Shown one piece after another: positions 36,322 to 44,331 of a stretch of 64,000 nt of DNA (within the stretch, counting starts at the first letter, position 1; each line of letters opens with the position of its first letter). The stretch comes from Solirubrobacteraceae bacterium (GTDB lineage: Bacteria > Actinomycetota > Thermoleophilia > Solirubrobacterales > Solirubrobacteraceae), in the NCBI GenBank assembly GCA_030447505.1, contig JAUJOT010000008.1, positions 97,400 to 161,399 of the forward strand. The letters are read 5' to 3'. Below the pieces are notes generated by a model. The model worked only from the letters and a program-made list of their open reading frames with translations, was not told the origin of the DNA and did not search any database. The position numbers and the translations under genes were made by a program.

Positions 36322-36954
36322 GAGGCCTGGCGCATCGCCACCACCGTCACCGATCCCGGTTCGATCGCACAGCTGCTCGACTACCGCAGGCAGGTCGCCG
36401 AGCTCTATGCCGAGGTCCGCGCGGCCGCGGACCCTGCGCAAGCGCACGCCCTGTGGTCGGCGGCGCGCCGCCGTCTGTATGCCGAGCACCCTCAGTCGCC
36501 GCTACCGGCGCCCGAGCGCGAGGGGTTCGGCGGCCCGCATGTCTGGGACTACGATCCGAGCTGGCGACTGCTGGCTAGCGTCGAAGCAGCGACTCAGGAG
36601 ACATTCGAGCTGCCCGCTAGCGACGGCGCGACGATGCGCTTCACCCGCTTCGCGCGCGCTCGCACGGAGCGGGTGTCGCTGGATCTGTTCTGGCTGGATG
36701 CCTACGGCGGCGGGCTGTTCGTCCCGTTCGCCGACGCGACCAGCGGCGAGCACTCCTACGGCGCCGGGCGCTATGCGCTGGACACGATCAAGGGGGCCGA
36801 CCTCGGCACCGAGCGCGGGCTGCTCGTGCTCGATCTGAACTTCGCCTACCAGCCGTCGTGCTCCTACGACGACCGCTGGATGTGCCCGCTCGCGCCACCC
36901 ACCAACCGTCTGAACGTCGCGGTGCGCGCGGGCGAGCGGCTGCTGGGCTCGTAG
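36322..36954 (+). CDS. DUF1684 domain protein with no canonical start codon before codon 105
   Basis: FVPFADATSGEHSYGAGRYAL...LDLNFAYQPSCSYDDRWMCPLAPPTNRL is present. The frame is protein-like from 36322 (HPQSPLPAPEREGFGG...). The first ATG/GTG/TTG is at 36634 and a CTG lies at 36373. Confidence 0.7.
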   Translation, partial: EAWRIATTVTDPGSIAQLLDYRRQVAELYAEVRAAADPAQAHALWSAARRRLYAEHPQSPLPAPEREGFGGPHVWDYDPSWRLLASVEAATQETFELPASDGATMRFTRFARARTERVSLDLFWLDAYGGGLFVPFADATSGEHSYGAGRYALDTIKGADLGTERGLLVLDLNFAYQPSCSYDDRWMCPLAPPTNRLNVAVRAGERLLGS

Positions 36955-37197
36955 GCGGACTCATTCCGTCGAGGTGTCCGTTGCGACGGGGCACTCTCGA
37001 CGCGGCCGCGAGCGACGCGGCCGTCCGCCGCATCGTGCCGGTAGGGGACCGGCTTGCGCAACGCGAGGGGCTGCCGAAGCCAGCCAAGACGCCGGCGATC
37101 GGCGCCGCGGATCACCGGCTCAACGTGCACCGGCGCGGGGAGCCTCCGCGCTTGGCCGTCTCCACCGCCGCCCACATGCCAAGCTCACGGAACATAA

Positions 37198-37220
37198 GGG
37201 ACCCGGCGATGCCGGGCCCC
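37198..37220 (-). terminator. hairpin after the small basic protein gene
   Basis: GGGACCCGGC-GAT-GCCGGGCCCC, 25 nt after the stop at 37245. TTATGTT follows on the coding strand. Confidence 0.5.
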
Positions 37221-37244
37221 TTGTCGAAGTTGGTCTGGTGGTGG

Positions 37245-37403
37245 CTACTTCGCGCCGCGCTTGACGCTGCGCTGGCTCTGGACGCGCGTGCGCGCTTCCT
37301 TCTTCAGCGTGGTCACGTAGGTCTTGGCGCTCGTCTGCCCCTTCAAGAGCCGGGTGTACTGCCGAGACGACTCGGACTGCGGCTTTGGGGACGGCTTGCT
37401 CAT
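37245..37403 (-). CDS. small basic protein (52 aa), hypothetical
   Basis: ATG at 37403 is preceded by a strong GGAGGG 5 nt upstream. The product begins MSKPSPKPQSESSRQYTRLLKGQTSAKTYVTTLKKEARTRV... A terminator hairpin follows. Confidence 0.6.
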   Translation of the reverse strand: MSKPSPKPQSESSRQYTRLLKGQTSAKTYVTTLKKEARTRVQSQRSVKRGAK

Positions 37404-37443
37404 AGAACCCTCCGTTTGATGTCGCGGCACACTAGCGGACCGC

Positions 37444-38319
37444 TCACTCGGAATCTGACGCTTCCCGTTCATCGTCCTTGAGGTGCGCGCCCATTGCGAC
37501 GGCGATGACCGCGCCGAGCGACGCGAGGTAGCGCTCTTCCGCCGGATCGAACGCGTACGGCTCCGACGAGACCGCATTGAAGACGCCGACCGTCCGCTCC
37601 CCCCAGCGGATCGGGAACGACAACAGCGCGCGGGTCGGATGGCTCGCCTTCGGGTTCTGGCGAAACGATCGGTCCTCCTCGACGTCGTCCCATTTCTGCG
37701 GCTCGCCCGTCTCGAAGGCATGACGCGCGAGAGTGTCCACGATCTTCTCGGCGTACTTCGCCTTCCCGGTGATCGTGTGCCCTGCGCTCCAGACCATCGT
37801 CCACCGCTCGGGGTCCTCGGCGCGGGGCGCGAGGACGGAGAGCCGAACGTGCTCGGCAGGCTTGTCGGTGATCAGGTCGCGGGCGGGCTCGAGCACTCCC
37901 GCCTCGATGTAGTGGTCGAGGGGGACGTCGATCTCATCCGTCAGCACCTGTTGAAGAGCGTCGAGTGCCTGGGCGACGTGACCCGAGTAAGTCTCGTGCC
38001 GCTCCAACGCCGCCTCGTAGTCCGCGGCGATCGACTCGTAGTCGTCGCGTTCCTTCTCGATCTCGCCAATCTCTCGCCGCACCGCGCGCGACGAGCGGCT
38101 CCAGAGGGCGGTGAAGATGGCAGCGACGAGAACGACCGCCGCGAGCAGGAGCCACGCGGGGACCGAGCCGCCCTGCCAGATGATCAGCGCCACCAGGGCA
38201 AGGAAGCTCGCGCCGACGAACACGACGACCTTCTTCGTGACATCCACGAGCAGCGCGAAACCGACCTGCTTCGCGAGGCGCGTCACCCAGTTGTCGTCGC
38301 TGCGCGTTTCGAGATCCAT
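37444..38319 (-). CDS. membrane-anchored GAF-domain protein
   Basis: Two N-terminal TM helices, a coiled segment, and a C-terminal GAF-like region (VRLSVLAPRAEDPERWTMVWSAGH...LLSFPIRWGERTVGVFNAVS) are present. Confidence 0.7.
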   Translation of the reverse strand: MDLETRSDDNWVTRLAKQVGFALLVDVTKKVVVFVGASFLALVALIIWQGGSVPAWLLLAAVVLVAAIFTALWSRSSRAVRREIGEIEKERDDYESIAADYEAALERHETYSGHVAQALDALQQVLTDEIDVPLDHYIEAGVLEPARDLITDKPAEHVRLSVLAPRAEDPERWTMVWSAGHTITGKAKYAEKIVDTLARHAFETGEPQKWDDVEEDRSFRQNPKASHPTRALLSFPIRWGERTVGVFNAVSSEPYAFDPAEERYLASLGAVIAVAMGAHLKDDEREASDSE

Positions 38320-38777
38320 GGCAAAGTGCGCGACGATCTTCTCGAATGGCGGCCGACGAGCGGCACCGCGGCTACCACACGTGCGGAACGCTCCTGTCGC
38401 GAGGTCGTGATTCCCTCGCCCGCTTCAGCGATTCGGCGACGCGTGGAAGGATCACCGCGCCACCAGCCGAAGGACTCAGCAGAGCCTGACCGCACCGTCT
38501 AGCGGCTTCTGGTTCCGACGAGCAGCGGCAGCGACGCAGATACCGGTCCACGCTCAGCCGCGCTTCTGCTTTGACGCAGACCGGACCGGCGCTCTCCACG
38601 AACGATGAGGCCGCGCGATCCGCTGCGGCGTCCCGGTTTCGGTTCGTCAGATGCGTCGCCGAAACACGCGACGAATGTCGCCGGCTTGGCGGTTGGCGCC
38701 GTCCTCGGTCTCCCGCGCGCTCGCGGGGTCCGGATGTGGATCAATGTCACAGGGGTCGGATCTCGCTCCGGCGACGT

Positions 38778-38999
38778 TCAGATCAGCGCGATCGACCGCG
38801 CCAGGCTGTCGACGTGATCGCTGTCGAGTTCGCGCACGTTGTCACGCACGCGGATGCCATCCAGGGCCAAGAGGCGCACCAGTTCGGACGTGCGCGGCTG
38901 CGCGCCCTCAACGAGCGCGCGGTGGCGGAGAACGTCAACCGGCGCGTTGTGAGGCGTTCTCGCGCGACGTCTGGGCCGGAACGCCGCCGCGCGCGGCCG
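38778..38999 (-). pseudogene. fragment resembling the N-terminal ParB/Srx-like domain
   Basis: LVRLLALDGIRVRDNVRELDSDHVDSLARSIALI then stops, where ParB-N domains continue. No credible start or downstream continuation exists in any frame. Confidence 0.3.
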
Positions 39000-39072
39000 T
39001 TAGTGGCGTTCACATTCGTCTGACTCGTCGCTCGCCGAGACCTGAGAAGGACGGGAGCGGCAACTGAGCAAC

Positions 39073-39101
39073 CTCCTCTTGAGAGTCACGAAAGGAGGAG
39101 G
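39073..39101 (-). terminator. hairpin after the Gly-rich repeat protein gene
   Basis: CCTCCTC-(15 nt)-GAGGAGG, about 45 nt after the stop at 39144. Confidence 0.4.
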
Positions 39102-39143
39102 CTCACGCAGAGCCGGGCGTTTGAGGATGCCGCTCGTGACCTA

Positions 39144-40142
39144 TCAGCGCAGGCTGGCGAGAACCGGAATCAGCGCCCGGCCGGACGACAGCGGGGCGAG
39201 CGCCTTGCCAATGATCGCGCCGAACGCCCGGGCCGGGTCGGCGGCCTTCATCGCGTGCCCCGGCAGAGCCGCGGTCGTGAGCATGTCGCCGACCTGGATG
39301 CGCGCTGCGCTCGCGTCGGCCCGGCAGTAGACCTTGCCCATCAGCGCCACCGGCACGGCCTCGCCGTCGCGCGACCGCGCGTCGAGCGTCAGTCCGGGCC
39401 GGTACTCGCCCGCACCCGAGACCACGCCCGCCACGCGCGGATCGTACTCGGCCTCGCTCGGCAGGAGCCGCCCGCGCTCGGAGAGAACGACCACGGTCCC
39501 CGGCTCGATCGGGCCCGCCTCGAGCTCGAACTCCTCGGCGCAGTCGGCGTTCGTCAGCCGGACGTCCCCCCCCACCTCGACGTTCCCCGTCACCACGAGG
39601 TTGCCCTCGAAGTGGCCCGCGGGATTGCCACGGCCGAAGATCCCCGGGTTGCCCTCTCCGAACACGCCCATGCCCCGGCCGGTGAGGCTGTAGCCGGCGA
39701 CACCAGCGAGGCCGGGCCCGCTCGCGTGACCCTTGACCCCGACGCCGCCCTGCCCGCCCTCGCCGAGCACGCCCGACGGCCCGTTCGTGGTGCCGCGTGT
39801 CTCGCCGTACACGCCGATCCACGTCTTGCCGACGCCGATCACGCCGGTGTTGCCCTCGCCCATCGCGCCGGCCCCGCCGGTGGTCGACTCGCTATTCCCG
39901 TACACGCCGTGCCAGGTCTGGCTGTAGCCCCAGGCCCCCGTGGCGCGACTCTGCCCGTACAACGCCGGGCCGGCCTGGTCGCTCGCGTTCTCCTGGATCC
40001 CCACGACCGCCCCGTGACCGGCCGCGTAGCACACGCCGCGCACGCCGTTGAACAGCGTGCTCTCGCCGTACACTCCGCCGTCGAACTCCGGGTTCCCGTT
40101 GTGGTTGCGGCTGATGATCGGGTCGTCCTGATAACTGGGCAC
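39144..40142 (-). CDS. glycine-rich repeat (beta-helix/fibre-like) protein with a conserved-looking C-terminal globular domain; unknown function
   Basis: GTG at 40142 follows GGGAGG. About 10 units of type GV(Y/F/L/A)G(E/N)(S/G/T) are present (GVYGES, GVYGNS, GVIGVG, GVYGET, GVLGEG, GVAGYS, GVFGEG, GIFGRG). The C-terminus is DVRLTNADCAEEFE...VAGVVSGAG...GDMLTTAALPGHAMKA...IGKALAPL. There is no signal peptide. Confidence 0.8.
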   Translation of the reverse strand: MPSYQDDPIISRNHNGNPEFDGGVYGESTLFNGVRGVCYAAGHGAVVGIQENASDQAGPALYGQSRATGAWGYSQTWHGVYGNSESTTGGAGAMGEGNTGVIGVGKTWIGVYGETRGTTNGPSGVLGEGGQGGVGVKGHASGPGLAGVAGYSLTGRGMGVFGEGNPGIFGRGNPAGHFEGNLVVTGNVEVGGDVRLTNADCAEEFELEAGPIEPGTVVVLSERGRLLPSEAEYDPRVAGVVSGAGEYRPGLTLDARSRDGEAVPVALMGKVYCRADASAARIQVGDMLTTAALPGHAMKAADPARAFGAIIGKALAPLSSGRALIPVLASLR

Positions 40143-40231
40143 GGCTGCCTCCCGGGTCTACACGTACTGGGTGTAAAGTGCTACTTGGGGCTTAAGCGCT
40201 CGAATCATATGGACCCAGCGGGAGGCGTTGA

Positions 40232-41416
40232 GTGGCGACCCTGATGCAGGCCGTGGAGCGTGTCCGCAACGACGGGCAGCTACCCGTAACCGGACAGGTG
40301 AGCCTCCGCGACCTGCACGCCCGCTTCCCGCCCGGCCAGCGCGGCTCGCTGCGCTCGGTGCAGGACCAGATGTTCCAGGGCGCGGCGAAGAAGCCGTGGG
40401 CGATCATCCTCTGCCGCTTCAAGAACGAGCCCGCCGACCCCGCCCGCGAGGGCCCGATCGAGCAGTTCTACCGCGGCGCATTCACGAAGGGCACGGGCGG
40501 GCTCGTCGAGTTCTGGCGCGATGCCTCGCTAGGCAAGCTCGACGTCTCAGGGTCGCGGGTGTTCGGCTGGATCGAAGTCGACTTGGAGCGCAGCAAGGCC
40601 AACGTCGGATCGGGGCAGAACCGCTCGACGCTCGTGGACACAGCGATCGCCGCCGCCCGGCGCGACGGGCACGACCCGATCACGGGGTTCCATAGCCAGC
40701 TCTCGGTCTACATCGAGAACTGGTCGATGAGCGGGGCCCCGCCCGGCGCCGACTGGAGCCATCCGACCTGGGGCCAGTTCTGGATCGACGGCAGCGCCGA
40801 CGGGCGCGGCAAGGTCAGCCTCACCCCGCCTCACACCGGGAACATCGTCGCCCACGAGATGGGCCACAGCTTTGGGATGGATCACGACCTCGGCGCCGAC
40901 CTCGTCGGCCACTACATGGACCCCTGCTGCATCATGAGTCAGAACAACGCGTTCATCCAGCAGCCCTGGAACGTCGCGTTCGGTCCGGCGATCTGCACGT
41001 CGCACCTATCGCTGCACGGGTGGATGTACCCGCGTCGCCTCTACGTCGACGCCGGCGGCTGGATGAACGAGCCCGACGGTATCTCGCTGCCGCTGGCGAC
41101 GCTCACGGACCCCGCCGCGCGAGCGAACCTCGGGATCAAGCTGGTGCTGCGCCGGCCCGGGAAGGCGTGGGACTACTTCCTCGAGTACATCCGGCCCGAA
41201 GGTTGGAACCGTGGAATCGCGCAGCCGCTGGTGTTCGTCCGCCGCTCGGCGCCGTTTGGAAGTTCACAGACGTCGGCCTTCCTCGGCTCGCTCGTGGTGC
41301 CCAGCAACCCCGGCGATAGGGCGGAGTTCGTGGAGCTCAGCGGCAACGTGCGGTTCTCGGTACAGCTCTTCGACAACGCCGGTCGGATCCTAAGGGTGAC
41401 GGCGAAAGCGCTTTGA
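40232..41416 (+). CDS. metzincin-type zinc metalloprotease, no signal peptide
   Basis: GTG at 40232 follows GGGAGG. The extended zinc site is HEMGHSFGMDH (HExxHxxGxxH), followed by CCIMS (a possible Met-turn). The N-terminal WAIILCRFKNEP...FWRDASLGKLDVSG resembles M6/M11-like proteases. Confidence 0.8.
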   Translation: MATLMQAVERVRNDGQLPVTGQVSLRDLHARFPPGQRGSLRSVQDQMFQGAAKKPWAIILCRFKNEPADPAREGPIEQFYRGAFTKGTGGLVEFWRDASLGKLDVSGSRVFGWIEVDLERSKANVGSGQNRSTLVDTAIAAARRDGHDPITGFHSQLSVYIENWSMSGAPPGADWSHPTWGQFWIDGSADGRGKVSLTPPHTGNIVAHEMGHSFGMDHDLGADLVGHYMDPCCIMSQNNAFIQQPWNVAFGPAICTSHLSLHGWMYPRRLYVDAGGWMNEPDGISLPLATLTDPAARANLGIKLVLRRPGKAWDYFLEYIRPEGWNRGIAQPLVFVRRSAPFGSSQTSAFLGSLVVPSNPGDRAEFVELSGNVRFSVQLFDNAGRILRVTAKAL

Positions 41417-41430
41417 GACAGGGGGATGAC

Positions 41431-41742
41431 ATGAGTGACGACTACGTGCTGGTCCCGCGGCGGCTGATGGAGGAGCTCGTGGCGTGCCTCGAGGGCAGCC
41501 CGGAACGCGAGGCCGGACGAGCGTACACCCGCGGCAGTCAGCGTTCGGGGACCGAGCGTCGGGCCGCCGAGGTGCTCGAGTCGCAGCCGGGCCGCGTACC
41601 GGCGCTCGAGCGCGAGATGCGCCGGATCGACACCGGCGGGCAGGTCGTACCCGAGGCGGGACGCGCGCCGCGGGGCGGCGCCGGCTCCGAGGCGGCCGAC
41701 CCGACCTACTGCGAGCCACGCATCGACTCCGACACCGCCTGA
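41431..41742 (+). CDS. small hypothetical protein downstream of the metzincin
   Basis: ATG at 41431 is preceded by GGGGGA. An alternative TTG at 41413 overlaps the upstream stop. The product begins MSDDYVLVPRRLMEELVACLEGSPE... and has a disordered C-terminus. Confidence 0.5.
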   Translation: MSDDYVLVPRRLMEELVACLEGSPEREAGRAYTRGSQRSGTERRAAEVLESQPGRVPALEREMRRIDTGGQVVPEAGRAPRGGAGSEAADPTYCEPRIDSDTA

Positions 41743-44196
41743 TCACGGCACGAGCGCGAGTTCAGAGCGCATGAGCTGCACCTGATAGGGGCGGCTGGTG
41801 GACATCAGGAAAAGCAGGGTGAGGACGCGCGCGCTGGGGTCCCAGCGCGCGAGCGGCGCCAGCAGGTGCGCCCCGTACGCCCAGCCGGGGTCGTCCGGCA
41901 TGCCCGGCGGGTCCCGATGCAGCCGGTCGAGCCCGGGCCAGTGCATGTACCGGCCGTACGCCTCGTCACGGCAGGGATCGAACAAAATCCTCTCGGGCGC
42001 CGCCCCGAGCGCCACCGGATCGCGCGCGACTCGCGCGATCACCGGCTGGCGGGCGCGGAACACATGCGGCGGATCGAAGAGCGCCTTCGAGTAGAGGGCG
42101 ACCCAGCGGCGGGGGGCGGCGAGCCAGGCGAGCGAGACAGCCGTGTAGCCGCCCGGCGTAAGCCACAGCGCCCGCGCCGCGGCCAGGTCAGGCGACCACT
42201 GGCGGGGGTCTGGCGTCGCGCCGTCGCAATATCGGACGCTCGAGCGCGCGTCGGGAGCGAGCGGGAGCGGCAGCCAGGCAAGGTGAACGGCGTCGCCGAG
42301 CCCGGGCTGGAAGCCGTGCCCGAGGAGCGCCACGCCCTCGCCGACGTCCGCGGACAGACCGACCGCGCCGGGATCGCGCACGACCCAGGGGGCGACCTGC
42401 CAGAAGCGCTCTTCGGCCCAGCGGAACACGAGTTCGTACGGCTCCCCCGCCCCCGGATCGGGCGACGCGGTCAGGTACGAGACGACCTTGCCGCCGGGGA
42501 CGGGGCGCGGGACCGGCTCGCCGTTCGGGCCCTCGTGAACCAGCACGAAGACGTACGCGCGGTCGCCGTCGCTAAAGGCGCCGGTCGGCGTCTGGACGGT
42601 CTGCGGGACGAAGATGCCGTCGGGGCGCCGGATCGCCAACGGCGCGAACAGCCCGTCGTTTCCGAGCACCGGGCTCAACTTGACCGACTCCGGGCTCATG
42701 CTCGTCACGCGCGCGACGACGTCCGCGTCGTGCGGCGGTCCGGGCCCGGGTTCGAAGCGCGGGACGTCGCCGAAGAAGACCCAGTGCTCGCCACGGTGCT
42801 CGGTGTTCGCGCCGAGGTCGGTGCCGGGGACGCCGGCGGCCACCCACTCCGGACCGCCGGTGACCTGCATAACGTGGTCGGTTCGGACATCCGGGGCCGG
42901 CGCGGCCGCGCGCCGGACGATCGGGAGCGCACACGGCCGCCAGAAACCGTTGCGGTCCTTCCAGATCACGCGCCCGAGGAAGACAGGATCGCCCGCAGCG
43001 ACCGCGAGGGTGTCGCCCGGCGGAGCCGCCCCGTCGTCCGGTGGAGCGACGTCGTCACGCGCAGCCGCGGGCGGCTGGTGCGCCGCCGACACGGGCGCCG
43101 CGGGCGCGCCGCTCCCGGGCTCTGTCAGGGCGATCGGGCCCTGCCAGCCGTCGCCTCCTACGCGCCACACGAGCCACAGCGCGTCGTGGCCTCCGACGAC
43201 CGCCTCGAGCTGGTCGTGCCCGGCGTAGTGGATCGCGGCGACCGGCGCGCCGGCGGGCGCGAACCCGTCCGAGCTCAGCCGCTGCGGCGGGGAGCCCCAG
43301 GCTTCGTTGTCGCGCTTCGACAGCGCGCGCAGCGCCCCGCGGGCGTCCACGAACAGCACCGCGAGCGTCCGCACGGACGGCTGGTGCACCGCGCTCAGGT
43401 GCGCGCCTGGTGGCACCGGGTGTGAGATCGACTCAGTGAGCGGGACGGGCTCGTGCCACTCGGAGCCGTCCACGCCCTCGGCCCGCCACAGCACGTGCAC
43501 CACGTCGTCTGCCACCACGAAGGCTTCTAGGCTCCCCCCCGGCGGGTGGTGGGCCAGCGCAAGCGGCGCGCCCGGCGGCGCGAAGCCGTTGTCGCTGAGC
43601 CGCTCCGCATTCGACCACGGCATGCTGCCACGCCGCCGCTGCGCCCTGACGGCGCCGCGCGCGTCCGCGAGCACGAGCTCGAGCGTCCCGGCCGGCCGGT
43701 GGTGGGCGACCGCGACCGCCGCGCCGGGCGGCGCCGCGCCCTGAGGCCCGATCCGCTCGGGCGCCGACCACGGCTCGCCCCCGCGCCGGTGCACGGCGAC
43801 GACCGTCCCGCCGCCGTCGACGAACAGCGCCGCGAGCGTCCCGCTCGCCGGGTCGAACGCCGCGCCGATGCGGGCCCCGGGCGGCGCGGCCGCAGGCGCG
43901 CTGAGCGTCCGTGGCGACTCCCAGCCCCGCGCGCCCCTGCTCGCCGCCGCGACCGCCCCATCGTCACCGACCGTGAGTAGCTCCAGCGTTCCGGTCGGCG
44001 GGTGGTGAACGATGGTAGGGACGAGCGGCTTCAACCCGCCAGCTCGTGCTCCAGCGAGCAGGAGATGGGTGCCGTCATCGGGAGCTTCTCGATAGAAGGC
44101 ACCACGAGATACAACAACGTGGACTCTCCGCACTACGCATGTATCACTTCGATCGCGCGATTCGGAATGGCCGACACTACGGCCGCCATCGGGCAA
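41743..44196 (-). CDS. repeat-propeller (lectin-like) N-domain fused to a DUF4185-type putative glycoside hydrolase domain
   Basis: Six to seven repeats of about 50 aa share the pattern (A/F)(A/P)PGA..aa.H.P..GTLE....D..G......R....W..P. The C-terminal part shows TPTGAFSDGDRAYVFV... and ends ...LFLMSTSRPYQVQLMRSEL, as in DUF4185. The start is uncertain (44196 or GTG at 44133). Confidence 0.8.
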   Translation of the reverse strand: MPDGGRSVGHSESRDRSDTCVVRRVHVVVSRGAFYREAPDDGTHLLLAGARAGGLKPLVPTIVHHPPTGTLELLTVGDDGAVAAASRGARGWESPRTLSAPAAAPPGARIGAAFDPASGTLAALFVDGGGTVVAVHRRGGEPWSAPERIGPQGAAPPGAAVAVAHHRPAGTLELVLADARGAVRAQRRRGSMPWSNAERLSDNGFAPPGAPLALAHHPPGGSLEAFVVADDVVHVLWRAEGVDGSEWHEPVPLTESISHPVPPGAHLSAVHQPSVRTLAVLFVDARGALRALSKRDNEAWGSPPQRLSSDGFAPAGAPVAAIHYAGHDQLEAVVGGHDALWLVWRVGGDGWQGPIALTEPGSGAPAAPVSAAHQPPAAARDDVAPPDDGAAPPGDTLAVAAGDPVFLGRVIWKDRNGFWRPCALPIVRRAAAPAPDVRTDHVMQVTGGPEWVAAGVPGTDLGANTEHRGEHWVFFGDVPRFEPGPGPPHDADVVARVTSMSPESVKLSPVLGNDGLFAPLAIRRPDGIFVPQTVQTPTGAFSDGDRAYVFVLVHEGPNGEPVPRPVPGGKVVSYLTASPDPGAGEPYELVFRWAEERFWQVAPWVVRDPGAVGLSADVGEGVALLGHGFQPGLGDAVHLAWLPLPLAPDARSSVRYCDGATPDPRQWSPDLAAARALWLTPGGYTAVSLAWLAAPRRWVALYSKALFDPPHVFRARQPVIARVARDPVALGAAPERILFDPCRDEAYGRYMHWPGLDRLHRDPPGMPDDPGWAYGAHLLAPLARWDPSARVLTLLFLMSTSRPYQVQLMRSELALVP

Positions 44197-44331
44197 CGGT
44201 CAACCCTTCGACAAGAAAGTTCGCTTACGCTGGGCCGATCTCGCTTATGGCTACGCGGCCAACGGGCGGATCCGCCGGACGGGGGCACGTGCGCCAGCCA
44301 CCGGCCTCGAGCGCGGACTCGCCGACGAGGG

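Noticed and set aside
39079-39330. Plus-strand ORF preceded by a perfect-looking AAAGGAGGAGG.
   Set aside because: The ORF is antisense to the Gly-rich protein gene. The purine tract is 24 nt from the ATG and forms the descending arm of the hairpin 39073-39101.
40143-40231. Short inverted repeat TACAC-GTACTGG-GTGTA in the divergent promoter region of the Gly-rich and metzincin genes, considered as an operator.
   Set aside because: The arms are only 5 bp, so it is easily a chance match. I note it but do not call it.
44197-44331. Attempt to restore a host gene by removing the second IS.
   Set aside because: The joined flanks give only short Arg/Pro-rich frames on either strand, so there is no evidence that a functional gene was disrupted.
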